The notes under the pieces: model-generated
Seen by the model: only the letters and a program-made list of their open reading frames with translations
The model's database searches: none
What the model was told of the DNA's origin: nothing
Source: Lama glama
Taxonomy: Eukaryota
Direction: 5' to 3'
DNA: 64,000 nt
Assembly (NCBI GenBank): GCA_028534125.1
Contig: CM052818.1
Location: forward strand, 30,754,001-30,818,000
In this document: piece by piece, positions 49,524-62,411 of the stretch
Layout: every line of letters begins with the position of its first letter
Position numbering within the stretch: the first letter of the stretch is position 1
Program-made: the position numbers and the translations under genes

Positions 49524-52500
49524 GTTCATACAGTAAAATAAATTTCACATACTAAAATACTGTACAAATGAGAAAATGAGGGGACTGGATCTGATGCTAA
49601 AGCATAGTGCTGAGTAAATGAAGCCAGAGTTAGGCTATGAAACAGAGTGTAATAAATACCACTTCTCTGAAGTTTTAAATCATGTAGAAAACACCCCCTG
49701 TTGTTCATGGTGCACAGAAGTTTCCCAAAAGAAAGGGAATCTAAAACAATCAGGAAAATGGTATCCTCTGGGGACTAAGAAGGGAAATGGAATTAGATGG
49801 GTACACAGGGAACTTCAACTATATTTACAGTGTTTTATTTCTTAAATTTGACAATGAGTACTTGGCTGTTTATTTGTTATTCCCCTCATCCTGTATAAAA
49901 AATATCTGGTCCTTGGATACACAAAATTAGAGTTTTTTTTCATAATTGTGGGTCAGGACAAACTCTTTATACCTGGCTTCTTTATTCTACTTTTCTTTCT
50001 TTTATTGAACACATGTTTAGATAATATAATGAACTCCTGGTGAATCCATTATCCAACCCAAGAACTGGAAAAATTAGCAATAATTGCATCTATCTACGTG
50101 TTCCTCTTTTATCGTGTCCCCTGCCTCCTCACCACCCCCAGAGCCAGCTATGACCTGGAATTTATTTCCTTGGTGTTAAAATTAATGTTATCATTAATAA
50201 CAGCATATTGTCGGGGTTTCCTGCTTTGGAATAAAGTATATCCTGCTGCATGTAGTCCCCTGGGACTTAATTTTTTCCCTACTCAACATAGCATTTGTTT
50301 TTAGCCCCCTCTGGCTCCCAGGTGCCTCTCTTAAACCCAGCAAGTGGCTCCTAAATTCTGTCACCCTGACAGCTCCTGGCGGTTCCCAGGCAGACAACCT
50401 GCAGTAGATAGAGTCCCTGTCTCCCCACATCATTGCCAACCTCGGGAAAGTGGCTTCGCTCTCCAAGCCTCAGCTCTGTTGTAACAGTCTTTTTTCAGCA
50501 TTAATGGAGACAATGCATGGGGAGTGCTTAGTGAGCGCCTGGAACATGACAGTGCTCGGTGGACATTGTTAGCTCTTAATAGAATAATCACGATTATTTT
50601 TATTCACTACGTGGGCATGCTGTGTGTTTTGGACCTATTTAACAAGCTAGTACATCATTAGTCAGTGAGTAATACTTTTTGGCTCATTTGTATCTTAGCT
50701 GAGAATGGCTCGTGGGCTCCAAGAAATAACAATCACTAACAGTGGAATGTGTGGCATTCGCCCGGGCCCTTGGGGCTGATGCTAGGAAATTGGGCTTTTC
50801 CCTTCTCTTCCCTTTTTTTCCCTTTCTCACCAAGACTGTCAAAGTCTGGCCAGAGGGAGAAGAAGATGAAAACTGCAGTGGCAACCTGGAAAAAAAAATC
50901 TCAAGTCCTGACTCTAACCTGAGGAGGGTAGAGGAGTAGGGAGGGCAGTTCCAGGGGAGGGGGCAGCGTCCACAACCGTAGAGCTGGGGCCCCTACTAGC
51001 CTGGCCCCCACCAGATGAGTAAACCATCCTTGACTCATTTTGTTGAACTCCACTGAAGAGGAAAAGTGCATTAACTGAACCAACTCCTCTTGTTGAGAAT
51101 TAGGCTGAGCTATTTAACCTCTTTTTATGTCAGCATCCTCATCTGTGAAATCAGGTCTAAGAATGACACTGCACAGCACAGTTGCGGGCATACATTGACA
51201 CTGTAGTTCAAGGACCTAATACAGTTTTATAATCTCTATATAAATATCTACCTATAGATATAATTATATATACATAAAAAACTCAGTAAAAAGTAACTAC
51301 TGTAACTACTAGTTCACTTCCCTCTTGAATGAATGAAAACTGAGTGCATACAAGGAAAGGGAAATCTGGAATAAAAATAAGGAGATTAAGAAATTGTACT
51401 CAGGAAGTGTATAAACAGAAAAGAAGGTGAAGTAACAGGCAGAGTCTGGTCATCCAAGGACAGCTTGCCCCCTTCATACTTACTGTCACATCTCCTTAAT
51501 TGCTGGGACATGTGTCTATCATCAGACATGGCAGCTCTCATGGGCAGAAGGATGGTTCCATCCCTAAGCGTACAGGAGCAGAGCTCACCTGATACATCCA
51601 ACATCACAAAAAGGAAAGCCCACACCATGGGAGGCAGTGGTGGATGTTTGGTTTCGTTCGAATATTTGCCTGATGAGCCCCTTCAGCTCAGTTTTCGGTC
51701 TAAGAACCTCATCTCCCAAAGGCAAGTCTTTTGCCATTTACAAGATGTGAGCTATAATTAGAAAACCTCCCATCACCACCTTCATTATCAGGCTCTGCTT
51801 TCATTGCACTTGTATTTCTAGAGGGTGGGCATTGCCCTTGTAGCATCTAGTCCCCACAGCAACCCTGAAGGTGAAGACAGGAATGATTCCCAGAGAGGGA
51901 CACTCATGCGCAGAGGCTGAAAGGCATCTTCACATGGGCATCCTCAACGGAGCTGTCTATCATCCTTCTTCGTTTCCCCTCAACCCACAAAAGGTGTGAG
52001 GCAGCTTACCAAAATCTCTTGAATTGTAAAAAAAAAATTTAACCCTTCAGGCAGTAGATAGGAGAAAATGGGCAGGTGGCTGGTGCGGTGATCATGTCAG
52101 GAAGAGATGAGCTTACACAGGGCTCCTGAGAGGTCAGCGGCACATGCGGCTCCTAGCTTCCTGATGAAAGCAAAACCAGGAGCTTGCTTCTGAGCCCAGA
52201 TACATCAATCCAGGACTACAAGCAGTATAGCGATGGCCTCATCCCGCTAAATAACCTCCCTTGGGTAACAGAAGTGACAAAGCAGTGATCTGCCAAATGC
52301 ACAGGAATCCAGAGGGACCTTGGAACCAGCACAAGTCCTGAGCATCTTTCCTGAGTGGTGAATCTTGCCTGTCTCCCCACCAAGGGAGCAACAGAGGAAA
52401 CTCCTTGAGGAAGAAGGCTGAGCTCTCGTCTCTCTTAAAACTTGTCTCAGCGCTGCTGAGGCCCCAGATTCAACCCATTGTGGAAGGAGCTCTTGATGAG

Positions 52501-52699
52501 CAGGGAGACTGGAAATGTGAATTGCCTGCAGTTGGCCAATGACTGTGAAACAAGACCGTGACCGTCACCAAATGTGTCCAGGCAGAAGGAGCCTGGTAAA
52601 GGCAAAAGATATGAGCAGGCTTTATTTAGTCATTTAGTCAGTCAGTTAGTTAGTTGTTTGGAGCTGTAGTCTCCAACCTTTTTTTTTTCTTTTCAAAAC

Positions 52700-53456
52700 A
52701 AACAATTTTTTATCGAAGTATAGTTGATTCACAATGTTGTGTTAGTTTTAGGTGTACAGCAAAGTGATTCAGTTTATATATATATAAATATATATGTATA
52801 TTTTTATATATATACTCACACACACATATATATATACATATATTCTTCTTCAAATCCTTTTCCATGAGAGGTTATTACAAGATATTGAATATAGTTCTCT
52901 GTGCTACATAGCAGGTCCTTGTTGTTTATCTCTTTTATATATAGTGGTGTGTATCTATTAATCCCGAACTAATTTATCCCTCCCTGTCCTTCTCCTTTGG
53001 TAACCATAAGTTTGTTTTCTATGTCTGTGAGTCTGTTTCTGGTTTGTAAATAAGTTCATTTATATCATTTTAAAAATACTCCACATGTAAGTGATATCAT
53101 ATGGTATTTTTCTTTCTCTGTCTGACTTACATCCCTTAATGTGATAATCTCTAGGTCATCCATGTTGCTGCAAATGGCAATATTTCATTATTTTTCATGG
53201 CTGAGTAATACTTCATTGTGTGTGTGCGCGCACGCGCGTACATCAGCACTTGTCTATACAGTCATCTGTCAATAGGCATTTTGGTTGCTTTCATGTCTTG
53301 GCTATTGTAAATAAATGCTGCTATGAACGTTGGGGTGCACGTACCTTTTTGAATTAGAGTTCCTTATGGATATATTCCCAGGAGTGGGATTGAAGGATCA
53401 AATGGTAAGCCTATTTTTAGTTTTTTAGGGAAACTCCATACTGTTCTCCAGAGTGG
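52700..53456 (-). mobile_element. 5'-truncated L1 (same broad family) with internal (TA)n and (TG/CG)n tracts
   Basis: atcgaagtatagttgattcacaatgttgtgttag...catgttgctgcaaatggca...ggagtgggattgaaggatcaaatggtaag. Confidence 0.9.
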
Positions 53457-53499
53457 GCATTATTTAAAAATACAAAAGCAGACAACAGTGGAAGTCTGA

Positions 53500-54720
53500 G
53501 CCTACTGCTGTCTTTAAAAGTCTGCTACTCAGCAGCTATGTCTTGCTTTTTCTCTATTTAAAAATTATATTTATTTTTATTTTATTTAGTCTGTATTTTG
53601 CTTTCTAATTTTGATTATAACATTATTCTTTTTTACTTATTGAAGTTTAAAATTGTTTTATAGCAAAAGCTAGTGGTTTTATTCTTTATAATTTCTTCTA
53701 TTGCTACACTAAATTTAGAAAGAGTTCCCCTGCTCAAGAATTTGAGTTTTATTTTGTTGAAATTGTTCTGTAGTTTGAAACTTTTATATGTAACGTTTTA
53801 ATTCATTATTAGCTTTTTTTTAATATAAAGTTACGTGGTGGTAGTGTATTTAAAATTATTTCCAGATTCTTTACCAGTTCTCTACTGAATAGTCTTCCAT
53901 TCTCTTTTGATTTGTCAAGTCTTGTTAAAGATACATTATTATAAATTATGGGATAATATAAGCACTATGTCTGAATTGTCTGTTCTGTTTCAGTGAGCTG
54001 TTTGTCTATTTTTAGTAAAATGCCATTTAAATTACTATAATCTTACATCTTAATATCTGGTATGAATATTCACTTTCCCTTACTAATATATTTTAAAAAT
54101 TTCTTAGTCTCCCTTTCTTCTTGTCCTTGTTGCCTTCCTTTCCTCTCTCTTTCTCTCTCAATCTTTTGTTTCTTCTAATTGAAAAGTTATTATGAAAATT
54201 TGGGTGTAATTTTCTATCTTGTTTCTGTCAATATATATTTACTTATCCTCTGCTTTTATTCCCAGTCAATATTATACAATGAGTATTTCACATATCCTGG
54301 AAAACGATTCAAATAATTAAATAGAAATGAAAGCTAATATTTAATTACATGGAAATTCCATAATTTAATTAACTATATTCAATAATGGACATAGAAGTCA
54401 TTGGCAGAATTATTGTCAACAGTAATAAAAGCTATCTTTCAGAGTTATATATTCTGTTTCAGTGGTCATCAATGAAAGGTGAACACCTCTTTTGTATATA
54501 ATTCTTCATCCACAGTTTTATTTACTTAATATATATCTTATAAATGGAATCATTTGGAACATTATTCATTCTCTTGATACTTATAACCAAATTGCTTTCA
54601 AAAGAGGTACAACTGCTTGTATCCCTATTTCAATGATGTCAGAGTTCCTAGGTTATTTTCCCTCTTTAACAGTGTTATGTTATTATTTAAATACATTCAC
54701 CAAATGTAACCAACTGAACA
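53500..54720 (-). mobile_element. Highly degraded old L1, AT-rich
   Basis: T-rich composition with scattered antisense L1 motifs (tttaattcatt, tctgttctgtttcagtg). Confidence 0.45.
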
Positions 54721-56689
54721 AAGATAAAGCAGAAAGAAACCTCAGAGAATAATAGTAGAACCTGTCAACTTATTTTATGAAGTCTTGGTGCTGCCATAAC
54801 CACCAGGACCTTAAATCCCTGTCTCTAGGGCTGCCAAAAGTAACCCTTTCCAGAGCTCTAACATCTCAAGATTTTCTTGCTTTGCTCTTATATTTGCAGA
54901 AAAGGGAATCGCTGTCAGGAGTGGTTTGATCTTAACCCCAAGTATTTGAGTAATTTTTCCCATTTACAATTGTGTTGAGCCCGTAGCAGTTTTACTTGTT
55001 TTTTTGATGTGAACTTAATTAAATAACACAGATGTTCCATGTGAGCAAGAATAAACACTTTTGAGCAGTTACTATTTACTATCCTAGGTACCTTAACTTA
55101 CTCCTCTCCTGGACTTTTTCACTTCTGATTTCATTGCCTGAGATTCTGACAATCAAGGATTCATTTGGGTAATGAGTTTTCTCTTAAAAAAAAATGCAAT
55201 ACCTATGGTGAGAATAAGGACTTGTGAGCCATTCACACGTTAGTGAGAACAATTTCAACCAGACTGCTTTCCAGGACCCTAAAAGAATGAGAAGTTTGTT
55301 TGGAAGAAAAGGAAGGAGATACTTTAGAGAGTACCTTAAGTTTGTGGAAGGTCAGGCTTGTGTAGAGTGCTTGGATTCTTTGAAAGAAGAGGACCAGGAA
55401 GTGGGGGTACTCATGCCCAGAAGTCGGGGGAATCTCATCCCTGGAGGTGGAGTGCTCGTCCTGAGAGTGCAGTAAGAAGAGACGAACTTGCCCACCTTTG
55501 ACTGCTCAAGGAGTTCCCAAGCAGAGCCATAGAATGTCAAAACAGAAAGCAGAGAGCTGATGGAACACTGCTTTCCTGTTTTATGTAAGTGATTGAGTCT
55601 CAGAGGAGGCAGTGACTTACTCAGCTTCACATAGTCAGCGGTAGAACCAAGGCCTGAATCCACATTTCTTGACTCTTATCCCTTCTCCAGGGCTCTGCGG
55701 CACAGCACTGGTGAGGAAGCCCTTCCTTTCTCCCCCAGCTTTGCTTCTAGGACCTCAACATCCAGCAAGTGCTCAGGTCCTGCTACCTGGAGCTTATGTA
55801 AGCCACCAAAGCCGTCCTAGCAAGTCCCTCACCCCTCAAGGCTTGTTTCCATAGGAAAATGAATTCCTAGTCATAAATCACAAATTTGTCAACCCACTTT
55901 TGGTCCCTAGCCCACTTCCGGGTCAGGGACTGCCCTCGCTGTGCAAAGATAGGCAAACTCATCCCCAGACGGACTTGGCTTCGCTACCTTCTTCAGGTGT
56001 GTGCTGAGTGAGAAACAGAAGCCTGGGAAGGAGACACAGGGCCTCTGAAAGGCCGACAATCTCAGGGCTGATGTGAGAGTCCAGTGAGCCTCCCTGGACA
56101 TCTGTTTCCTTCACCCAGGACAATAATTCTCAAGAACAGTCAAAGGAGGACATGACCCGTAGGCCTCACCCTCTCTATCTGGAAGGCTCTGTTCATTCTC
56201 TGCACAATTGATGATAAGCCCAATGACGACCATAATAAAAACGACTCTGACAAAGAGTGACTCCCAGCCCTGTGCAAGCGGTGGAGAGGGTACCAAAGGA
56301 GGAGAAGCAGCCTGCAGCCAGAAGTTCCTGAAGTAATGGCAAACGTAAGAGAGCAGATAATGAAGGGCCAAGATGAGGAGATGAGAATGAAAAAGTCCTG
56401 TCCAGGAGGCACGCCGGGGATCAGCGGTAACAGCAGTCCTCTGCACAGATGCAGATGGAGCGGTGCAGTCTTTAAAAAGCATTTTCACATATGTGACTGG
56501 ATGGGAGCCTTAAGCTGGAGATGAACTGACTTTTTCAGAAAAGGAAATTGAAGTTTCCCTTATCAAAGGGGCCAAGTGTTCAAAGAGCTTTGAACTCAGG
56601 AGAAAAACTTTGGATTTGACTCAACAGTAACAGAGATGGTTATTCTGGTTTGTCAACGTGATGAAATGTTAGTGGAATATGACATCCCT

Positions 56690-56885
56690 GGGACTTAGTC
56701 ACATCTCTGCTGTTTATTAGCTGTAGTTATCTTGGTTAAGTTACTGTTTTGGGCCTCAGTTTCCTCTTTGTAAAGGGGAGGATGATAAGAGTACTTCCTC
56801 ACAAAGTTGTAAAGATTCAGAGGCTCTGCCTGCAGTGTGCTTAGCATTGCACCTGGCGTGTCGGAAGGGCTCAATAAATGCTGGT
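56690..56885 (+). mobile_element. MIR SINE
   Basis: tattagctgt...cttggttaagttact...gcctcagtttcctc...tgtaaa...gcttagca...cctggc...gctcaataaatgct. Confidence 0.7.
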
Positions 56886-56888
56886 CAT

Positions 56889-57289
56889 TGTCTTAGTCTG
56901 CTCAGCCTGCCATAACAATATACTAGAGACTAGTGGGTTTAAACAACAGAAATTCATTTTCCCATGCTTGTGGAGGCTAGAGGTGCCAGATCAAGTTCTG
57001 GCTGGATCAGTTTCTGATGAGAGTTCTCTGCCTGGCTTGCAGATGGCTGCCTTCTCAGTGGATCCTCCTATGGCTTTCCATTAGTGCACAACAAGAGAGA
57101 GACAGGGAGTCAGAGACAGAGGGAGAGAGAGCCCTCTGATGTCTCTTCTTATAAGGACACTAATCCTGTCAGATCAGGGCCCCATCATTACAAATTCATT
57201 TCTTTCCTTACTCCAAATACAGATACACTGTAGAGCTAGGGCTTCAAAATAAGAATTTTGGGGAAGACACAAACATTCAATCCATAACA
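56889..57289 (-). mobile_element. MaLR solo LTR (MLT1A-like)
   Basis: tgtcttagtctgctcag...aaacaacagaaatt...tctcttcttataaggacactaatcc...gacacaaacattcaatccataaca. Confidence 0.82.
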
Positions 57290-59489
57290 ACTATTCATTT
57301 CTTTATCAGTATTAATAAAATGAATGAGGTGATAGTTGTACAAAAAGATTGAGGTGTGAGAGATTAGAGTCAGGGCAAAAGGCCACCGCAGAGAAGCAGG
57401 TAGAAAGGGTCAGGAGGGAGAAGTTCTAGAGGTAAGGGACTCTTTAATTCCACTGGCATGTACTGAGCACCTTCTGGGTGCCAGCCACCACTCGACGTCC
57501 CAGGGATCCAATGTGTGCAAGCCTGGAGTCAGACAAGCTAGAACTGGCTTAATCCCTATGATGAAAATCTGTGAGAGTGGTGGTAGGACTGCAGGAGAAG
57601 TCTTCACAGAAGAGCAACCACATGAGTGCCAGGAAGTGTTCTGAGGGTGGAATCGCCAGTGGGGAATGTAAGGGAATAGTCAATAGAGGTGAACATTTCT
57701 AGCTTTGAGTGGTCAAAGCCATGGAGACAAAACTGGCAGAAAAGTGGGATTTGAGGTGTAGATTTGGGAAGGGAGAGAGAAAGATGTCTCAATAGCACAG
57801 AGGAATCACAAAATTCCTCCTCAGCAGGAAACATCCCTGGGAGCTGCATCAAACTCTGAAGACTACGAAAGAAAGTAATAAACACTATTTCCTGCAACAG
57901 AGTAATGCTCTAAGTCATGTCTCCAAATACCCTCCCTAGATTGGAAGTGAGAGGATGACTAACTCTCTGTTCAAAGCATTACTGGAACAAGTTTTGTTTG
58001 TGTGATGTTCTAAGGAAGGAATCGGATTAGTACAACACCATCACAAAGCCCCGGGCGCTCCCCTCCCTTTCAGAAAACACTGCGGGGAGGAGCCAGGGCT
58101 CTGGGAGGCGGGAACTCAGACTCAGCACAACACCTGAGTATAGAAAGGACCACATATAAGATGTGGTCTCGGGCAGCCGGATTCTATCTGCATTGGGATT
58201 ACAGCCTGTCCTGTTGCTCAAAGAAGCAAGATCTCCTGTACAGGTAAATTTCTTTAGATCCAAGGGTGGGTCCAGGTTAACGCAGAGCCCCAAGGGGCCT
58301 CTGCAGCATCTGGGTTCAGAAGGTGAGAGAAAGGGAGTTGCTTCTCCGGCTATGAGCTTTGCAGGTCAGAGTGTATATGGAAAGAACCCTGGAGTCTGGA
58401 GACCCGAATTTTGTTTTCAGCTGTGCAATTGCTTATCAGTGTAACTTCGAACTGTAGACTTCAGCCCTTTGGTCTCAGTCTCCTCACTAAAATAAGGGAA
58501 TCTTTGGACCTGGGTGATCCCTGAGGTCCCTCCAGCTCTGATTCCCATCAATATTTATTTGGTAGAGTTTTTCATGCTGCTAGGTGCTGTCACTTCCCAG
58601 GGCTCAGGCCCTTCCAGGGGTCTTCTGAGCCTCCTCAATTCTGGAAGGGGGCTGGAGGGCCCTGGGGCCTTGTGGGGTCCTGCTCTCTGGGTGCCAATAG
58701 GCTGGTTTGACATCCTCTGAAATCAGACGTTCAGAAGACCCCGATGACAATACTCACATTCTGTGAGAGCGAAATGGTCCCGCGTGTGATACTTGTCAGA
58801 GTGGTGCTAAGGGGTGGCCCTTGCTTAGGTGAGAAATCTAGAAATCACCTCAACTGGAGCAGTTTGCTGGCCTCTGGGCATCGGGAAAAGTCACTCACTG
58901 AGAGTCTGGATGACTGTGGAGGAAGGTCGTCAGCTGTCAGCTGAGTGTGTAACTCTGTCCTGTGAAGGCAGAGGGAGATACTGTTTGTGCAGGTGGGATG
59001 AAGCCTGGCTTTGACTTAAGCATTTTTGTTCTGGACATGCCTGGTCCAGGCTACAGGAGGTCGGGGCTAGGGCTGTGATCCTAACCTTGAACCAGTGACG
59101 TGGGCCTAAGTTTCTCCATCTGGGGAGAGCTTCCAGACCTGACAGGGTGGGAGCCTCTCTCTGACTTCCTAGAGTGAGGACTCTTGGGTGGGTTGGGTAC
59201 TGACCATCACACAGAGTGAGCCTCCCAGGGAAGAGAAGGGAGCTCTGTCTTTGGACTGTGACTTCTTTGAGGGCAGAAATTCTGATTCCTCCTGCACCCC
59301 TGCCGTTGAGGGCCCGTGGGGAGGTGTCTAATGAAGACTTACCTAAATGAACTGAATTTTTCCCTTTTCAATCTGCCTTGTAAATCCTGACCATCACAAC
59401 AATCAGGAGGAAGGAACAGAGTCGATTTAACTATTAGAGGCATAATTGGTTTGAGGATAAATCTCTCCACCCCAAGAGTAACCAGGAAA

Positions 59490-59870
59490 CTGACTTCTCA
59501 CACACAGATGAATTTTGCCCTTTTTTTTTTTGAAAGTTATGTGAATAGAATCATAGAATTTCTGTGTCTGGATTTTGCACTCGGTACTAAGTCTGTGACT
59601 TTCATCTGTATGGTAACGTGTAGTTCTTGTTTGTTCATTATCCACGCTCTATAGCATTCTGTTGTATGAATGGTCCCCAATATTATTTACCCAGGTTCAT
59701 GGGCTTGTGGTTGTTCTCAGAGCAGAGCTATTTGGAATAACACTGTTGTGAGTATCCTTGTACATGTTTGGGGGGCACGAGTGTAAGCATTTCTGTTGGG
59801 TTATACCCAGGAATTCCTGTATCAGAGGACGTATCTATGCTTAGTATTGACTGCCAAATGGTTTTCCTAA
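59490..59870 (-). mobile_element. Ancient L1 (L1ME-like) relic
   Basis: gtgaatagaatcatag...gtagttcttgtttgttcatt...atttctgttgggttatacccagga...actgccaaatggttttcc. Confidence 0.6.
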
Positions 59871-60990
59871 AAGATGTTTTTGATTGACTTCCTTTTTCCA
59901 AAGGGTTGCCTGGGTTTCTAACCACATAGCTCGATTTTCTGGAGTAGTGGATATTACAGCCTGAGATGTGAAGCCATGGGTTCTCAGGTCCGGACCGAGC
60001 TTTCAGGGGCTGAGAGGTGCTGTTACACAGAATCCTCCTCCCCACTTCCAGTGCTAGGTCATCACAGATTCAAGATTGTTCTTTCATGGCCACTCCTTTC
60101 ACAACAGTCTCCCCCTGTCACCCAAACTCAGAGGTCCTTAGAATACCTTTCCTGGGGTGAAAAAAATCCGTGCCTCACTGAGGGAACTCAGCTGTAAGGA
60201 GAGAAGGAAATGTGCTCGAAGGCCAGAGAAGGCTCTGGGGAGGACGGCAAACAAGGGCTGAACTTTGAAGGATGGATGCAGTGTGAACCAGAGAGGGCAA
60301 GCCACGTCTTGTGTTTATGCGCAGGCGGAAGGTATGCTGGGGTAGAGCAGAGGGTGTGGGCTCTGGGTTATTTACCCAGAAAGGGGCCCAAGCCCTGAGA
60401 GCCTGACCACTTTGGATTTGAGGTCATGCTCTGTGTGGATCAGAGGGAGAAATACTCCCTCTATTTAATCAAATGCTACAGTTCAAAGCCTGTGACCCTT
60501 TTAGGATGCAAATACTCCTGAAAAAATATGAGACACTCATTTATATCTGTTTTTAAAATTTCTTTCTATTCAAACGTGTTTTGAAATGCCCAGAAAGGAG
60601 CAAAAAAAAAAAAAAAATCAAATGTGGGTCCTTTGAAAGTGAGGAAGGTGGTGGAGAAATCAGCGAGTGACTCTAAGACTAGGATGCTTCCACCTCCTGG
60701 GTGGGAACTGTTAAAACCAGAAGCAGGTGAGATTCCAGCCTAGGAGCCTGTAAGAAGGTAAAAAGGAGGATGTGCACAAAAGATGCCCCTGGAACTGTTC
60801 AGAGGCCCTACCTCTACACAGGGGTGCCGAAAGGGGGTGGCCACCAAGTTCCTCCTAGCTTGATGTGTGGTTCATCTGCAAAGAGCAACATCAGGGTCTG
60901 GCTTTCACATGAGCCAAGTGAATGTTCCTTAGCCCATGGAAAGTTGACTTTGCTACATGGCAACTCCAGGTGCACCTTCATATTCTGGGG

Positions 60991-61027
60991 GTGTCTGGAG
61001 GTGTCTGGAGTTGTCTGGAGATGTCTG
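60991..61027. repeat. 10-bp tandem repeat (NTGTCTGGAG), about 3.7 copies
   Basis: gtgtctggag gtgtctggag ttgtctggag atgtctg. Confidence 0.8.
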
Positions 61028-62198
61028 CACTTCTACAAAGATCTGTGGCTGGGTAGTGTCTCCTGGAGACATATGGAAGATGGGGCAGTTGGAAGTGGGT
61101 AGGGAGCGCCACCAGCCAAGTTCTTACATCTCCAAATAGGCATGCAATCAACCCAAGAGACCCCCTTGCATCACCAGTTAAGGCAGGGAGCTTCCTGCCT
61201 CTTCTGTCCCTGACTTCCCCAGTCCGCTCTCCAGGTGCGTGGTCCCTAAGGAAACTCCTGTTCTTCTTGAAGGCTGATCTTGATTTTACTTTGTTCCCCA
61301 GGGCACCTTGCCCTAGATCCCACACCCCCACCAGAGTGGAGCCCTAAAGCAAGCCTGGATGGGGGGATGCTGTTAAGGAGGCCCCTGAAAGCAAATGCCA
61401 GCCTAAGTCAGTTCCAGGGATGTGAAGAGAACAACAGAAGAGCAGCAAGTGGTTGGCAACTCCCAGAAAGTTTTCACATCCTCTTCTGCTTTCAGCTTCA
61501 CATCAGGAGGGGTGGAGAGGGCAGGCGTTATCATTCTCTACATTTTACAAATGAAGAAACATCCATCCATTCAGTCAGCAAACACTTATCAGCCATCTCT
61601 CTATTTATAATACCATGCTGGGCTCTGTGAATCCAGGAGGGAAAAATACTATCCTAGCCTTCAGTTGCTCATAGTTGGACCACTTGCTTCACTGTTTCCT
61701 GAAAGGCGATGTCTTGGGGTCTTCTACTAAAAATGAAATCTAAATGCAGGCAGATATCTAAATAGTAAACTTTCAAGATCCTTTCCAACCATTAATTTTG
61801 TGAAATCATTCCCCCTTTTATGGGTAGGTCATGATCTGTACACAGAGCTGTGGGTTCTCCTATTCATGGTCAGTACCCACAAACCCATCTGAAAACTGCT
61901 CAAGAATGCCTCATGTCCACCCCTGTAAAAAATGTGTTAGAAACTAGACTTTAGCAGAGAGAAATGGCAGGACACATCTTTAAATCTTTTTGAGACACGA
62001 ATGTGACTATAAATGTTAAGAGTCTGTAAAAAAAAAAACTCAATGAATCAATTGGAGATACAATTCCATTGCATTAAGATAAATTCTTGGTGATGGATCA
62101 ATTAACCACGTTTGATTCTGTGAATTTCTCCTTTTAGTTTCCCCTTGTGCCTGACGTCAAGCAGCAACACTCTACCTGGGTTAGGTAGTGCTTTAGGG

Positions 62199-62411
62199 CG
62201 GACTTCTCTGTAAAGGGCCAGGCTGTAAATATTTTTACTTGTGGGCCATGTGATCGTTGCTCCACCTACTCAGCTCTGCTGTTGTATGTTGCAAAAGCAG
62301 CTATGGAGAGTACATAAACAGGGAAGTGTGGCTGTGTTTCAATAAAACTTCTTTTACAAAAACCAAAGGTGGGTCAGATTTGGCCCAGGGGCCATAGTTT
62401 GCCAACCCCTG
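62199..62411 (+). mobile_element. hAT-Charlie MITE (MER58A-like)
   Basis: ctgtaaagggccag...taaatatttt...gtggctgtgtttcaataaaact...gatttggccc...ccatagtttgccaacccctg; flanked by ctttaggg (62191-62198) and ctttagag (62412-62419), a plausible 8-bp hAT TSD. Confidence 0.8.

Noticed and set aside
60991..61027. Short repeat arrays as CRISPR-like or other prokaryotic-type systems
   Set aside because: No unique spacers and no associated genes; these are ordinary eukaryotic tandem repeats.
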